Shown: positions 40,845 to 52,890 of the stretch, piece after piece | Layout of the letters: every line of letters starts with the position of its first letter | How positions within the stretch are numbered: the first letter of the stretch is position 1 | NCBI GenBank assembly: GCA_963693365.1 | Contig: CAVNZM010000001.1 | Span: 5,906,907-5,970,906, forward strand | Length of the DNA stretch: 64,000 nucleotides | Direction of reading: 5' to 3' | From: Amoebidium appalachense | Lineage: Eukaryota; Protista; Ichthyosporea | The notes under the pieces: generated by a model | The model's database searches: none | Told to the model about the DNA's origin: nothing | Seen by the model: the letters and a program-made list of their open reading frames with translations, nothing else | Translations under genes and position numbers: made by a program

Positions 40845-42574
40845 TCTGCCAGCGTTGCTCCGGAACGGGAGATCTGGGGGGGGGGGGGGGGGTAGCCCAA
40901 GGGAAGGGATAGGAACTCGTGGACCCAGGAGGGGAAGGGGCAGGGCTCCGGTTGCAGGGAAGGTCGGAGTCGTCGGGCCCGGGGAAGTTGGTTACGAGAA
41001 ATGGCATCGGCCAGATGGTTGAGGGGTCCTGGTAGGTAGGATGCCTGTAACGTAAATTGGTATTGCATTTCCATGCGGGTGATGAACCGAATAAGTTTGG
41101 CCATCACGGGGTGGGGGGAAGACCGGGAGTGTAGGTCAGACACAGCACCCGTGTTGTCGCATAAAATACGGACATGGTGGGTGGACCAGGAGGGGGCCCA
41201 GAGGGCCACGGCGGCTGCGATGGCCAGGAGTTCGATGACGGAAGAACCGAGTTTACCCTCATGAGCATAGAGGGCTTGGGTGGAGGGGGACCAGGGCATG
41301 AAGAACCATTGGTCGAGCCAGTGGCCTCCTAGACCCACCGATCCGGCAGCATCGGTGGCCAGGGTGGTGTATGTGGGGGGTGTGATGAGGTGCACCCCAT
41401 TCCATGATGTGAGGAACTGGTGCCATTCGGCTATGTCGGCCCGGGCGGCAGCAGTCAGTCGTATGTGGTGGTGGCCGGCAAGGTGTGGGTGGGTCCGGAG
41501 AAGGGCCCATAGGCGCTGGGAGAAGGCCCTCCCGGGGGGAACCAGCTGGGCACACCAGGTGAGTTTGCCGAGGAGGGACTGGAGGTCCCGAATGGTGATG
41601 GTGGGCTTTGGGTGGGAAGTGAGGTCGAGTAGGTCCGAGAGCTTGGAAGCCGGGATTCGTGCCTCCATGGCGATGGAGTCGAATTCGATACCGATGAAGA
41701 CGACACGGGTAGCCGGGCCCTGCATCTTGTCTTCGGAGATGGCAATGTGCAGCTCTCGGCAGAGTTGCAGGAAGGTGGATAGGTGACGTTGGCACTGCTC
41801 TTGTGTGGGGGCGACTATAATCCAGTCGTCTACGTAGTGGCGGATGAGGGTAATACCGTGCTGGTGTGCCAGCCACTGTAGGGTGGCCGCGATCCGTTCC
41901 CAGATGGCTGGGCTAGATTTCAGGCCGAAGGGCAGTCTGGTTTCAACGTAAAAGTGCCCCAACCATTTGAATGCCATTAAGTGATGGTCTTCTGGTCGGA
42001 TGGGCATGTGCCGGAAGGCAGCCTGCACATCTGCCACGGCCATGTAGCAGCCGGGGCCTGCGTCGAGAATGAGCTGGGTGACGTCCCGGGCGCGAATGTA
42101 CTGAAGTTCGTCGGGGTAGGTGATGCTGTCATTGACACTGCTACCCCGGGGCCAGGAGAGGTGGTGGATTCGACGGTACTTGGGGGGGTTCCCTTTCTTG
42201 GTAACGGCGCCGATGGGGGAGGAACGGTGGACCGGAAATTCGTCAAAGAATTGGGCCGGGGAGAGGGGGCCGCGCAGGTGGCCGAGGGCGACTTCTTTGG
42301 CAATATCCGCCGTGATAGCGGAAGCTGCCTCCGGGGTGGTGGGTAGGTTGGGGCCCACCCGAGAGGTGGAGGGGCCGCGATAGCCGATGTCGACACCGAA
42401 TTCGACATCGTGGAGGAGTTGTGCGGCGAATGATTGGTCTGGGTAGGAGGCCAGCAGTTCCCGGAGGCGGGAGGTGTCAATGTGGTGCTGGGGCAGCGGG
42501 CGGGCCTCCGGGTCTGAGCCTCGGGGGAAGGGGTGGTTAGCAAGGGTGGGGCACCCTCGGGGAGATCCCGGCAG

Positions 42575-42617
<43 letters not shown>

Positions 42618-42733
42618 CAGGGCCGCGGGGGGGTTAGAGTAGGGCAGCTGGGCCCGAGTGAAGGTTGGCAGGGAGGGCAGCGGGGCCCTGTGCAGGGGAA
42701 TGTGCCCGAGCACGCGGGGGTGTGGGCGGACAC
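40775..42733 (-). CDS. Reverse transcriptase/RNase H of the Ngaro element
   Basis: SSPIGAVTKK, YRRIHHLSWP, ADVQAAFRHMP, LPFGLKSSP, HYVDDW; RNase H LATDAA, IELLAI, CDN, NHLADAISR. The frame is closed by TAG at 42769 and no ATG precedes the RT core. Confidence 0.93.
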
Positions 42734-43011
42734 AGAGGTAGAAGAAGGGGGGGGGGAGGGGGAGTGCTAGGTGAGTGTAAGGGGGGGGAGGCTCGTGGGA
42801 TGGGGGGGGGGAGTAAAATTATGTGCAGTGGCCAGAATAAACGTCTGTGTGTAGGGACATTTATTCTTGACGCGCGCGGGCGCCGTAGTTGGCCTGCGAA
42901 ATTTTGTACTCAGCCCTATGGGCCCGTTCTCCCGAGCTCCGTTTCCCTGTACTCGTGTGTCCTAGCTCCTAACCCCTATGTTCTAGCTGTGTGTGTGGGT
43001 GTGCGCGTAGA

Positions 43012-44182
43012 CTAGGCATTGTGCTTGCAGTCTTTGCGGGGGTGTGTGCCAGAGCAGAGCGGGCACACGTGGGAGAAGGGGCAGGGCTGCTTAGCGCAGG
43101 ACCGACCGTTAATGTGGAAATTCCTGCAGTGCGTCGCGGGTAGATCCACGGGTCGGGCCGGTTTTGCCGGGCCGGGTTGCGGGCCAGGGCGGTTAGGGGT
43201 TTGACCCCCGCCGGGCTTGTGGGGCGGCTTAAAGCCGTCAAGACCACAGCCGGGCTTGGGGTACATGGGGCAGGCCGCGCTGGGGTGGTCGGGGAAGCCA
43301 CAGCGCTGACATGCGTCCGGGATGAGCAGAGTGGGTGGCAAGAGGAGATCCTGGTGGAGTTGGGCGAGCAGGTTGGGACACTCGATCGGAGCCCGACCCT
43401 GCTGGTGGGCAACGGTTCGGGCGTATACGTCATAGTTGTGGATCTGGGCCCACGGGTATCGGGTGCTGAGGCGAGTGATGTGCTGAGTCCAAAGTACGTC
43501 TTTGTCCATGGGGAGGCCGAGGTGGTGCTTGGCGGCCATGTAATGGGTCCAAGCTTGGATCCAAATGACGAGTGAACGCAGGGGAACGGGTTTGTCTTGG
43601 CGAAAAGTCTCGATGCTGCCGTCGTCGGCCATGCGCAGATGCTGACCTTTCTTGGATGGGGCCAGGAGGGCGGCGGGGGTGAACTTATACAGGTCGACAA
43701 AACGATTGGCGCGCAAATCTGCCAGCACATCCGCGGGGGGAAGCGGGGAGTGTGCCCGGCTGAATGTCGCCAGTGTTCTCACCTGTGATGGGGGGCGCGG
43801 GCAGGGCAGGTAGGTCTAGGTCAGGGCCGAGATGCAGCCCCGGGGAAACCTCCCCGGGTGCGGAGGGCGCGGCGGGGGGCGCGGGAGGGTCGCGGTTGGT
43901 GAGAGCAGCCAGGACGCCAGCCATCTGGGTGCTGATGGCGGTGAGGGCGGCAAGGACGGCGTCTTGAGAAGTCATCTGCGGGGACGGCGGGGCCTGAGGG
44001 GGGACTTCAGGAGGGGAGGGGAGACTAGCCGGCGGGTCCGGGTCCGTGGTGGTATGGGCCGCTGGAGGCGCGTCAGTGTCCGCGGGAGCGTTGGTCAGCC
44101 TGTGGCGGAGGTCGCTGCGGGTCAGGCGCTTGGGTGCCGCGGCAGGGGCGGTGGCTGAGGCCTGGCGCTTTTTCGGCGGCAT
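43012..44182 (-). CDS. Ngaro gag in two frames, probably joined by a 64-nt intron (43719-43782)
   Basis: MPPKKRQ.. Pro-rich N-terminal part. The second frame has FVDL, YPWAQIHNYD, a CCHC knuckle (CQRCGFPDHPSAAC) and CRNFHINGRSC..CPFSHVCPLCSGTHPRKDC. Donor acag|gtgaga and acceptor ctggcag|at restore the frame. Confidence 0.8.
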
Positions 44183-44299
44183 GCTGACCGGCGTACGGAA
44201 AGATAGGGAGAGTGAAAAGAAAATATAGCTGTAAAGCTGTAGGTGCTAAACACAGAAGATGTGTTGTTGCCTGCTGATCTGCTAAAAACTGTCGTGCTT

Positions 44300-44375
44300 A
44301 TATACCTAAGGCTACCGAACTGAGCCAATCAAAACCGATCTAGTGTTATGTGAAATCTTATCCTGAGCCAATCAG
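44300..44375 (-). promoter_or_regulatory. Ngaro A-repeat Pol II promoter (duplicated at about 39445-39525)
   Basis: Two ctgagccaatca (CCAAT) boxes followed on the minus strand by GGTATATAAG, about 120 bp upstream of the gag ATG. Confidence 0.6.
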
Positions 44376-45245
44376 ACTCGGTCTAGTGATCTGTGGAATC
44401 TGATGTTTTGATCGGCTAATAGGTGCCCGTATGCGGGCAGCCGAACGCGGACTGCTAAAACATGAAACGAAGCCTGTTGATATCGGACACCCATCCTACG
44501 TGTTTACCCAGAAAAATATTTATGTCAATAATTTCCACAAATAAAACCGAGATATGATTGGATGACATATATAGATTTTGACGCAAACGACAATACGTGT
44601 GCGCGAGCTAAGTATGTCGATACGTACACAGATCTAAGATGTCGTGTACACGGAAACAGAAAGGAAAAGAAAGAAAGAAAGGAAAAGGAAACAAACTACA
44701 ACAACTAATAAATAAATACAAAACTCAACTTCTAAGTCTTGCTGAGAATCAAGTGAAGATGACATCCCCACTCAAGGGTTGGAAGTTGGGTTCTCGTGAA
44801 GTTTGTTGATGTGACTGTTGATGTTAAGACTCTCACACATGTAGGAGCAGGTGCCGTGAAGTCACAGTCAAGTTTCCCCACTCGAGAAGACAATTGGAGA
44901 AGACTTGAAGGTGCAAGCCGGGGAAGAAAACCAAAACGGAAGAAGCACACAACGACGGTTGCCTCTGAAGACTCGGAACATGACGGTAGCCAATGACGAT
45001 ATATAAATATATATAGAAGAAAACAACTAGTGTATGTGTGACGTGTTGGTGGCTAATGATTTATACATTATATATATGATGGTATAAAAATAAACGACGG
45101 ATGGTGGAGAAGAAATCCCCACTGAAGATGCACACACTGGAGATCGATGAAGACAGCAGTAGACTTTCGTTGGGAGGTGTCTCTACACGGTGATGTGTAG
45201 ACCACTGGCCAGTGCCCCAACCTACTTGAAGACCACTGTAGATGA

Positions 45246-45296
<51 letters not shown>

Positions 45297-45300
45297 ACAC

Positions 45301-46608
45301 TCAGTCACGAAGACTGAGTGAAGCACGGTGTTGCTCGTGGGAGGGCCCGGGCAGGGGCTTGGTGAAGATGTCAGCCACGTTGTCTTTGCTGGACACGTAG
45401 GTGACGACCACATCCCCACTCTTGATGTAGTCCTTCGTGTTGTGGTACCGGACTGCAATGTGTTTGGTCCGGTGCTTGATGCTGTTGGTGTGCAGGAGGG
45501 CAATGGTGGACTGGTTGTCACAGTAGACGGGGGTGGGGTCGGTCATCGGGTAGCCGAGTTCACGGAGGAGATCACGGTGCCAGATGACGTTTTGAACAGC
45601 AGCATTGATGGCTAGAAGCTCAGCCTCGGTGGTGGATGTTGCCGTGATGGACTGCAGCTTCGAATACCATGTGATGGGTATGCCCTTGAAGAAGATGACG
45701 TATCCGGTGGTTGAACGACGGGTGTTGGGGCAGTTGGCAAAGTCAGCATCAGAATAACACTCCAGCAAGGGGGTGTTGTCGTCGGATGCAGACTTGTCGT
45801 AGTGAAGGCCGAGGTTGGAAGTGCCGATGAGGTACCGAACTACACGGAGTAGACATTCCCATGCAAGTTTGGTGGGGTTGGCACTGAATCTACCGAGGTA
45901 GCCGATGGCAAAGGAGATGTCGGGCCGGGAACAACGAGCAACCCACAAAAGACGGCCGAGTAGTTCACGGTAGGGAACCTTGATGGGTGGTGAGTCGTTC
46001 TCGTTGATGGTGATGACGGTGCCGACGGGAATGGGAGTAGCCTTGGGGTGGGCATCGTTGAGGTTGAAGTCTCTGACGATGTCGTTGATGTAGGATTGTT
46101 GAAGCAGTTTGAGGTGACCGGGGGTGTGGATGAGCTGGGTGCCAAGGAAGATGTCGAGAAGGTCAACCTTGCAGAGAGCTGACTTCATGATGTGGTCTAC
46201 TAGATCCTTGGTGTGGGAAGAGTTGGCCGTGCAGATGATGATGACGTCGTCCACATAGTTGCCAGTGAGGATGATGTCACCGTTGGGGAAGGTCTTGATG
46301 TAGACACATGGATCTGAACGGAGACGTTCGAGACCGTGAGCAAGGAGGACCTTGTCGAAGTACTCATACCATGCCAGTGATGCTTGCTTGAGGCCGTAGA
46401 GTGCCTTCTTAAGGTTCCAGACCTTGTGCTCGTTGCCGGGGGTGATGAAGCCAGGTGGTGGCTCAACTTGAATGTAGATGTCTTCTTGAAGAGGACTGTT
46501 GAGGAAGGCAGTTGAGACGTCGAGTTGATGAATCTCATGGTTGCCGTCCACACCGATGGCAAGGAGGGCACGGACGGAGGAGGACATCACCACGGGGGAA
46601 GAGGTGTC
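45301..46608 (-). pseudogene. Copia RT/RNase H, 3' part, separated from the rest by a solo LTR
   Basis: HQLDVSTAFLN, LKKALYGLKQA, YVDD, YRELLGRLLW, RPDI, YSDADFA, RRSTTGY, STTEAE, YCDNQS, HRTKHIAVRYH, ADIFTKPL. Confidence 0.92.
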
Positions 46609-47374
46609 TGTTGGACATTGTGTTCATAGAAGCTAGTTCTAGTGCACGTTGTTCCTTCTGTAAGTCAGAAATGATTGCATCTTGTGAGGCCAACCTCTGC
46701 TCCAGTAGTTGGACTAGTTGCTGCAACTGTAAGTTGTCAGACATAGTGTCGTGTATGATGGGTAACTAGTCTATGTGTTTTGTGCACTGGAAACGACAGT
46801 AGAAAAGTGTAAATCAAACGTTCTGCTTCCCATGTTTGTGACATGGGAGGCACTGCTTTATATAGTCGTTGGCCACCTCATGGTGGCCTCGTGTGCACCC
46901 TGGTGGTGGGCCATGTACAGCATGGCCGAAAAGAGAGCACAATGAAAACAAGTCGTTAAAGATATAAAAGTTAACTGTGCACGTTGGGTGGCTAGTTAGC
47001 TTGCACTAAAGCACACAAATAAACGTGTTTAACACACCAATTGCAGTTAAAACGTAAATCTTACTTCACACAACTAAAAATATTCTGAGAATATCCGGGA
47101 ATAAAGCACACTACCACTCTAAGAATAGAATCCTGTGCCAAATATAAACATGACATCATCTGAACCGGGAATATTAATTAATGAGCACAATTAGCACGTT
47201 GCTAATGAAGCTCGTCATTGGTACAGTTTTGGCTCAAACATATAACTACCATATATGAATATGACCGTAAACAAAAGCTCTATGCACTCGAGTGAGTGTT
47301 GAAACAGTTATTCAATTGCTCAGAAACTTTCTCTAACAGACATTGCTAGCCGGGAGTACCAGTGTACTCCAACA
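46609..47374 (-). mobile_element. Solo LTR (766 bp) of a different LTR retrotransposon family
   Basis: Ends TGTTGGA...TCCAACA; 5-bp TSD GTGTC at 46604-46608 and 47375-47379. Removal restores copia RT DYGDTSSPVV. Minus-strand TATATAAA at about 46856-46864. Unrelated to the host LTRs. Confidence 0.92.
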
Positions 47375-50300
47375 GTGTCACCGTAGTCAACACCGTAGAC
47401 TTGAGTGAAGCCCTTTGCAACACCACGAGCTTTGATCTTGGTTTCACCGGCTGAGTTGAGGACTTTCTCAGTCACAATCCACTTGAACTTGATGATGTTG
47501 GCACCAGGGGGGGATCAACAATGGTGAAGACATCCTTGGTGATGAAGGCTTGGTACTCGGAGGTGAGGGCAGCTATGACGGCATCACCGTTGGGACCGTT
47601 GCAAAGCTTTTGAATGCCCTTGGGGAGCTGGTCAATGTTGATGGTCGGTGCTATGATGCTGACCAGTGCCGTTGGAGTCTTGGTGAGACGTGTAGACCGA
47701 CGAAGGTTGGGCTTGGGGGGGTCCTTGAGGGGGGTGGTGGCCGGGTAGGTGGTGGAGGCCGGGACAGGGGCATGGAAGCCAGGAATAGGACCAGTGGTGA
47801 GGGGGGCATCGGTGTCCACAGGGCTGCTCGAGGCCGAGTGGAAGGTGGGGGACCCAGGACGAACCGGAGTCATGTAGCCGGATTGATGCACAGCAACGGG
47901 GGGGGCCGGCAGCAAGGGTTGTTGGCCAGTGGGGGGGGGGCTCGGGGGAGGCACGGGTTCAACCGGGGCTGGTTGGTTGTGCCAGGACGGTTGGGAGATG
48001 ACCACAGACGTAGTTTCATCGTCGTTGTCGGAGGGGGGGTCTAATGTCGGCAGATCGGGTTTGGGGGGAACGGAGACCTGATTGGTGCTGCTCGTGAATT
48101 TTGACTCGTCGAAGATCACATCACGGCAGATCTTGATTTGGTTGCTGGCACGGTCAAGGATCTTGTGTGCCTTGGAGGGTAGGTCCCAGCCGACGTATGT
48201 GCCGACTCTGACGGTTGATGCCAGCTTCAGGTTCCTCTTTGACCGGGGAACATGCACATAGGCAGGGGAGCCGAACACGTGGAGCTGGGAGACGTCGGGT
48301 TTGAAGCCGTGGAAGGCCTCGAAGGGAGTGTTGCCGTTGGCAGCAGATGACGGTGTGACGTTGATGATGTAGCCAGCATGCTTGAGAGCAGCAACCCACA
48401 ACTTGGGAGAGAGAGGTTGGTCCTTGTCGGCATGGAGGAAGCAACGGACTGTCTCTTGCAGTTCTCTCATCTTCCGTTCAACAACACCGTTGTGTTGTGG
48501 TGTGTCGACGGGGGCAAACTCCATGATGATGCCTTTCTGCTTGCAGTAGGCCTCGGTGTCCTTGGAGGTGAACTCAGAGCCGGAGTCAAACCGAAGATGG
48601 GTGACGATCTCAGGTGTCTGACGTTCGATGGTTTCAACGAGAGACTGGATGTAGCTGAGGGTTTCACCACGGTTGTAGAGGGGGAACACGGTGGTGTAAC
48701 CGGTGGCATCACAAACACACACCAGAGCAACCTTGTAGCCTCCGTAGGAAGCACAGGGAGCTTCGAAGAAGTCCAGGTGCCACTTAGCACCGGGAATGGT
48801 GAACTTGGAACGGGTGCCGGGAAAGGGGGCCTTGGTGGTCTTGCCAGACATGCAGCCGAAGCAGTCACTGTTGTCGGGTGACTTGAGGGAGGGGGGCATG
48901 CCGATGACAAGCTCATCCTTGGCCATCCTGGTGACGGTGGAGAGGGCACGGTGGCCGAGACGGTTGTGCCAAAGGGTGAGGTCGGCGGGTGGTTGAGTCC
49001 TTGCTGTGTAGGCTTGGACCCCCGGGTGTTTAGGAGTCTCAATCACATAGTCAGTGATGTAGTAGAGACCGTCGAGGGGGGTGAGATCTGAAATGATGTC
49101 ACCATTACGGCTGTAGAGGAACGACGGGTGGTTGTCTGTATCGTCACAATGACCTAGGAGGCCGGCAGCTGAGGCCATGGAGGTAGACACGAGGAAAGAC
49201 GGTGACTCGGGTACGTAGTAAGCATTGATGCTGCACTGTGTTGGTTGGCCGTTGTAGTGCAGTGTCATGTTGATGATGCCACGTTGTTTGGCATTGACTG
49301 TGCCGAGGCCGTGAATGGGGGTGGGAGGACACGGGGTAAGGGAGGAGAAATACTCCTTGATGGGGCAGATGTGTGCATTACAAGCACTGTCCCAGACGGG
49401 GTCGTTACTGTCAGGTGTGCCGGTGGAGGAGATGAGTGCAAATTTCACACTCTTGTCGCCTTTCTCCTGCTTGGCACGACGAGCAACAGTACAGCCAGGC
49501 TCCGGGCATGCTGTGATGTGGTGGGGCCCCTCATGGCAGTAGGAACACTCCACCTTCTTGGTGTTGTGCTGTCGGTTACGGTTGTCCCTGTTACCACGGT
49601 GGTAAGGGGAAGTTGAACGGGGGCCGGGTGACTTGGAGGAAGGACGAGGATCACGGGAACGGGACGGGGAACGGTGAGGTGTATGCTCACGTCGAGGAAT
49701 ACGGTTACGGAGGTCACCGGGGGGAAGCACTCTGCTCTGGAGTGCACGGAGGGGACGGTTGTTGACGGTTGCACCTGTGCCTGCGTCGATGAGGCCGGCA
49801 CGGATTTCAGCTCCTCGGATGTCACTGATGAGCTGGTTGAAGGACGGGTAGGCCTTGTTGTTCATCCAGTAGTCGGAGCAGAGACGTTCAATGTCGGAGC
49901 AGACCAGGGCCGTGTTCTTCCTGAGGTGAAGGAAGAACTTACGTACGACATCCTTGTGCTGGACGGGCTCGTCGAGGCAGGCAAGTGTCGTAGCCAGACG
50001 TTGGAGACGGGTGAGGTATGCTGTGACGTTGGGGTAGTCTCGTAGTTCAAGCTCCTCGAAGGTGACTTGAATCTGGGTGACTCGGGCCTCCTTCTCTGCT
50101 ACATACGCCATACGTAGGTTGTGGAAGACTTCACCGCCGTGGACACCGTCTTGCATCCGGCCGGAGTCGTAGAGCTCGTTCGGGTGGACGAACTGGTTGA
50201 GGATCTGGTCGAGGACGTCGGAAGCTTTCTTGTAGGAGTCCTTGGTGGCGTAGCCTAGCCACTGGTTGGCTTCAGCGCCGTCAACCCACTGTGGCCTCTT

Positions 50301-50443
50301 GATACGAATTTCTCGGCAATGGTTGTTCTAATGAACCGGTGAATGAGGGGCTCCCACTCGAAATAATTAAGACGTTTCTCGTCTCGTTTCTCGGACGGAT
50401 TCCATATTGGAAGGTTGATATACTACGACGGTTTGTCAGTCAT
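47375..50443 (-). pseudogene. Copia gag-protease-integrase-RT start
   Basis: ATG at 50443 (MTDKPS*YINL..) with an early stop and a frameshift near 50330. CSYCHEGPHHITAC knuckle; protease VWDSACNAH; LWHNRLGH..CFGC; integrase WHLD, RFDSGSEF, NGVVER. A frameshift at about 47510 precedes KWI..KARGVAKGFTQVYGVDY. Confidence 0.92.
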
Positions 50444-50505
50444 GATTGAAGCAGTAAGACTGAGGAATTTCGCGGTTGTAACGAGATTGTGTGTTAGCGT
50501 GCAAA

Positions 50506-50518
50506 GGGGCCGTAAACC
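50506..50518 (-). other. Primer-binding site of half-tRNA type (GGTTTACGGCCCC)
   Basis: Directly follows the 5' LTR terminal CA, has no TGG, and has the same layout as the copia PBS GGTTATGGGCCC. Confidence 0.65.
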
Positions 50519-51667
50519 TGTTATTTTGTGTGGGTAAACGGAGAAGCAGAGAGCACAGATGGGTGTTATGATATACACAACACAGAGACACACGGGAAAA
50601 ACACAACCGGAGAGGAGGAACGATTTCTGGAACCATAGGAAATGAATACGACTGCTTATGATTTATTTCAAGATGAAGTCCCTTTTATGATACTTGGGAA
50701 TGTGAAACGATAAACCAATCAAAAGAACGAAAACTATGAGTGTAAAATATATCGATTAAAATGTCTGTCGACACATAGAATATAAAACTCAATCCTCTAA
50801 TGAAAGAAACTTCTAATAAAAGCACGGAAACATTTAACAAAATGAAACCACTTATGTAACTATTAATTCATAACATACATTTATACATGTTCTTATCATA
50901 ACACGTCTAAATATAATTATTCCTAATAGTTGAAGAACATATAGCACAATGCTACGTCGTGAGAAAGGAATGAGAAAGGAATGCAAGTTACTATATTTGG
51001 GAAAATACAAACGAGATATGATTGGATGACATATATAGATTTTGACGCAAACGACAATACGTGTGCGCGAGCTAAGTATGTCGATACGTACACAGATCTA
51101 AGATGTCGTGTACACGGAAACAGAAAGGAAAAGAAAAAAAGAAAGGAAAAGGAAACAAACTACAACAACTAATAAATAAATACAAAACTCAACTTCTAAG
51201 TCTTGCTGAGAATCAAGTGAAGATGACACCACTGCCCTACCCCCGATGACCACGAGTACTTCAGCGACCTGCGCGAGTTGGACCCTGTGCGACTGTCGTA
51301 AACTGTGCTCGAAAATGTACTGTATATTATGTAAAGTGTGGTGAATTTTGGTCGACACTAATCTAGTGGGTTTTAGTTGTCGTTGCAGAGCAAAAATTCG
51401 TATATAGTGGACGTAGGTAGCAAGTATAAGTTATAAATGTCTGAATTGATTGGACAATTCCATTTATTAACTTATTCTTCGGCCGTCTGATTGGGCCACA
51501 ATGGTTATGTGGCCAACTGATCAGCGGCCTGGTAGAGGAGGCTTATGGGTATATAAGCCAACCTTGGATCGGTCGTCTATTAGCATATTCCCCGTCGCCT
51601 CTTCTCTCATCGCCCACCCTCCCGCCCGCACATATTTTCTTTCCCCGTCGCAGCTTTCAAGCTTAAT

Positions 51668-51857
<190 letters not shown>

Positions 51858-51925
51858 GCGCACGTGCACACCACACACACGCCTGCGCGCGCGGACGCAC
51901 AACATAGATATCTGTACACGGGCAT

Positions 51926-51966
<41 letters not shown>

Positions 51967-52890
51967 ATGTGTGTGTGTGTCTGGGGGTGTGTGCTCCCTC
52001 GGTAGCAGTAGCTTCTAGTGGATTCGGTCCAGTGGGCCGACTCGGGTTTGTGTATTTTGGGACGATTCGATCCAGTATTGTGTAGTGTGAGTCGAGCCAA
52101 TAAAGCAATGAAAGCAAGTATAAGTTATAAATTTCCCAAATGACAAGCGGGAGATATGGAAGCTCTGATTGGTCGCCCACGCACCGTTGTGGTTCGGCAT
52201 GAGGCGCGATTTCCACGGACCAAGCAAAATGAACCCCAGAAGACATGGCATTTTATGACTAGAGAGATACAAGCTGCTCATATCTATCTGTGTTATTCCA
52301 AAGCAAAAAAGAGAACGTTCCCCTCCCCACATATCTGCTGGTAGGGATACTCGCCGAGTACGAAAGTTAGCGCTGGCCAGCCTGGCCGCCGTCCCGGACG
52401 CAGCCGGTTCCCCACGCGGCACTAGTGCTCATCTTTGAACCAGCGTTCGAACCAAAAGCGGTTAGTACACACCTTTTGGATTCGATTAGACTGCACCAAG
52501 CAGTTTTGAAATTGTTTAATTAGTTAATTATCATGATTATGAATATGCACAAGATTGTTAGCCAATCAAATTCGTTTTCCAAAGTAGGCCAGTGCCTGAG
52601 AACCCAATCAAATCGGCTCACTTTTCAAGCTGTAGCCCCCGCGCGCGATACCTTCAAGCTCACACCCCCGTTTTTTTCATGTTCGTGTTTCAAAAAACAC
52701 GAAACCAACACTGTTTTAGGCCAGCTTTTTTTTGAGCTCATATAACGCTATATATTTTCCTCATATACAGAGCTCATGAATAATAGTAGGTAACGAGCGC
52801 TTCTAGAAAACGACAGGCGGTTTTTCTCGCCAGAAATTGTGCATCACCAGTCAGGTCTCCTGATATATCAGCTGGGGAAGTTGGGATCGG

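Larger units (their letters stand above)
39140..44548 (-). mobile_element. Ngaro-type (DIRS order) tyrosine-recombinase retrotransposon, young and apparently complete
   Basis: Split direct repeats: A1 44212-44548, B1 39696-39784 abutting A2 39360-39695, B2 39140-39228; one mismatch seen per repeat pair. ORFs gag, RT/RNase H and YR; no methyltransferase domain; no TSD. Confidence 0.92.
38645..51228 (-). mobile_element. Ty1/copia LTR retrotransposon (pseudogenised) with two nested insertions
   Basis: TG..CA LTRs: 5' LTR 50519-51228 (710 bp) and 3' LTR split into 38645-39139 + 44549-44764. 5-bp TSD CCACT at 38640-38644 and 51229-51233. PPT (gagtgggga on minus) at about 44765-44773; PBS 50506-50518; domain order PR-IN-RT-RH. 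Confidence 0.95.

Noticed and set aside
40775-41260. DIRS/PAT-type methyltransferase or Ngaro hydrolase domain
   Set aside because: The RT/RH ORF ends shortly after ADAISR and YR runs up to B1, leaving no room and no motifs
44765-45300. env-like or extra ORF between copia pol and the 3' LTR
   Set aside because: Only short ORFs under 100 aa with no recognisable features
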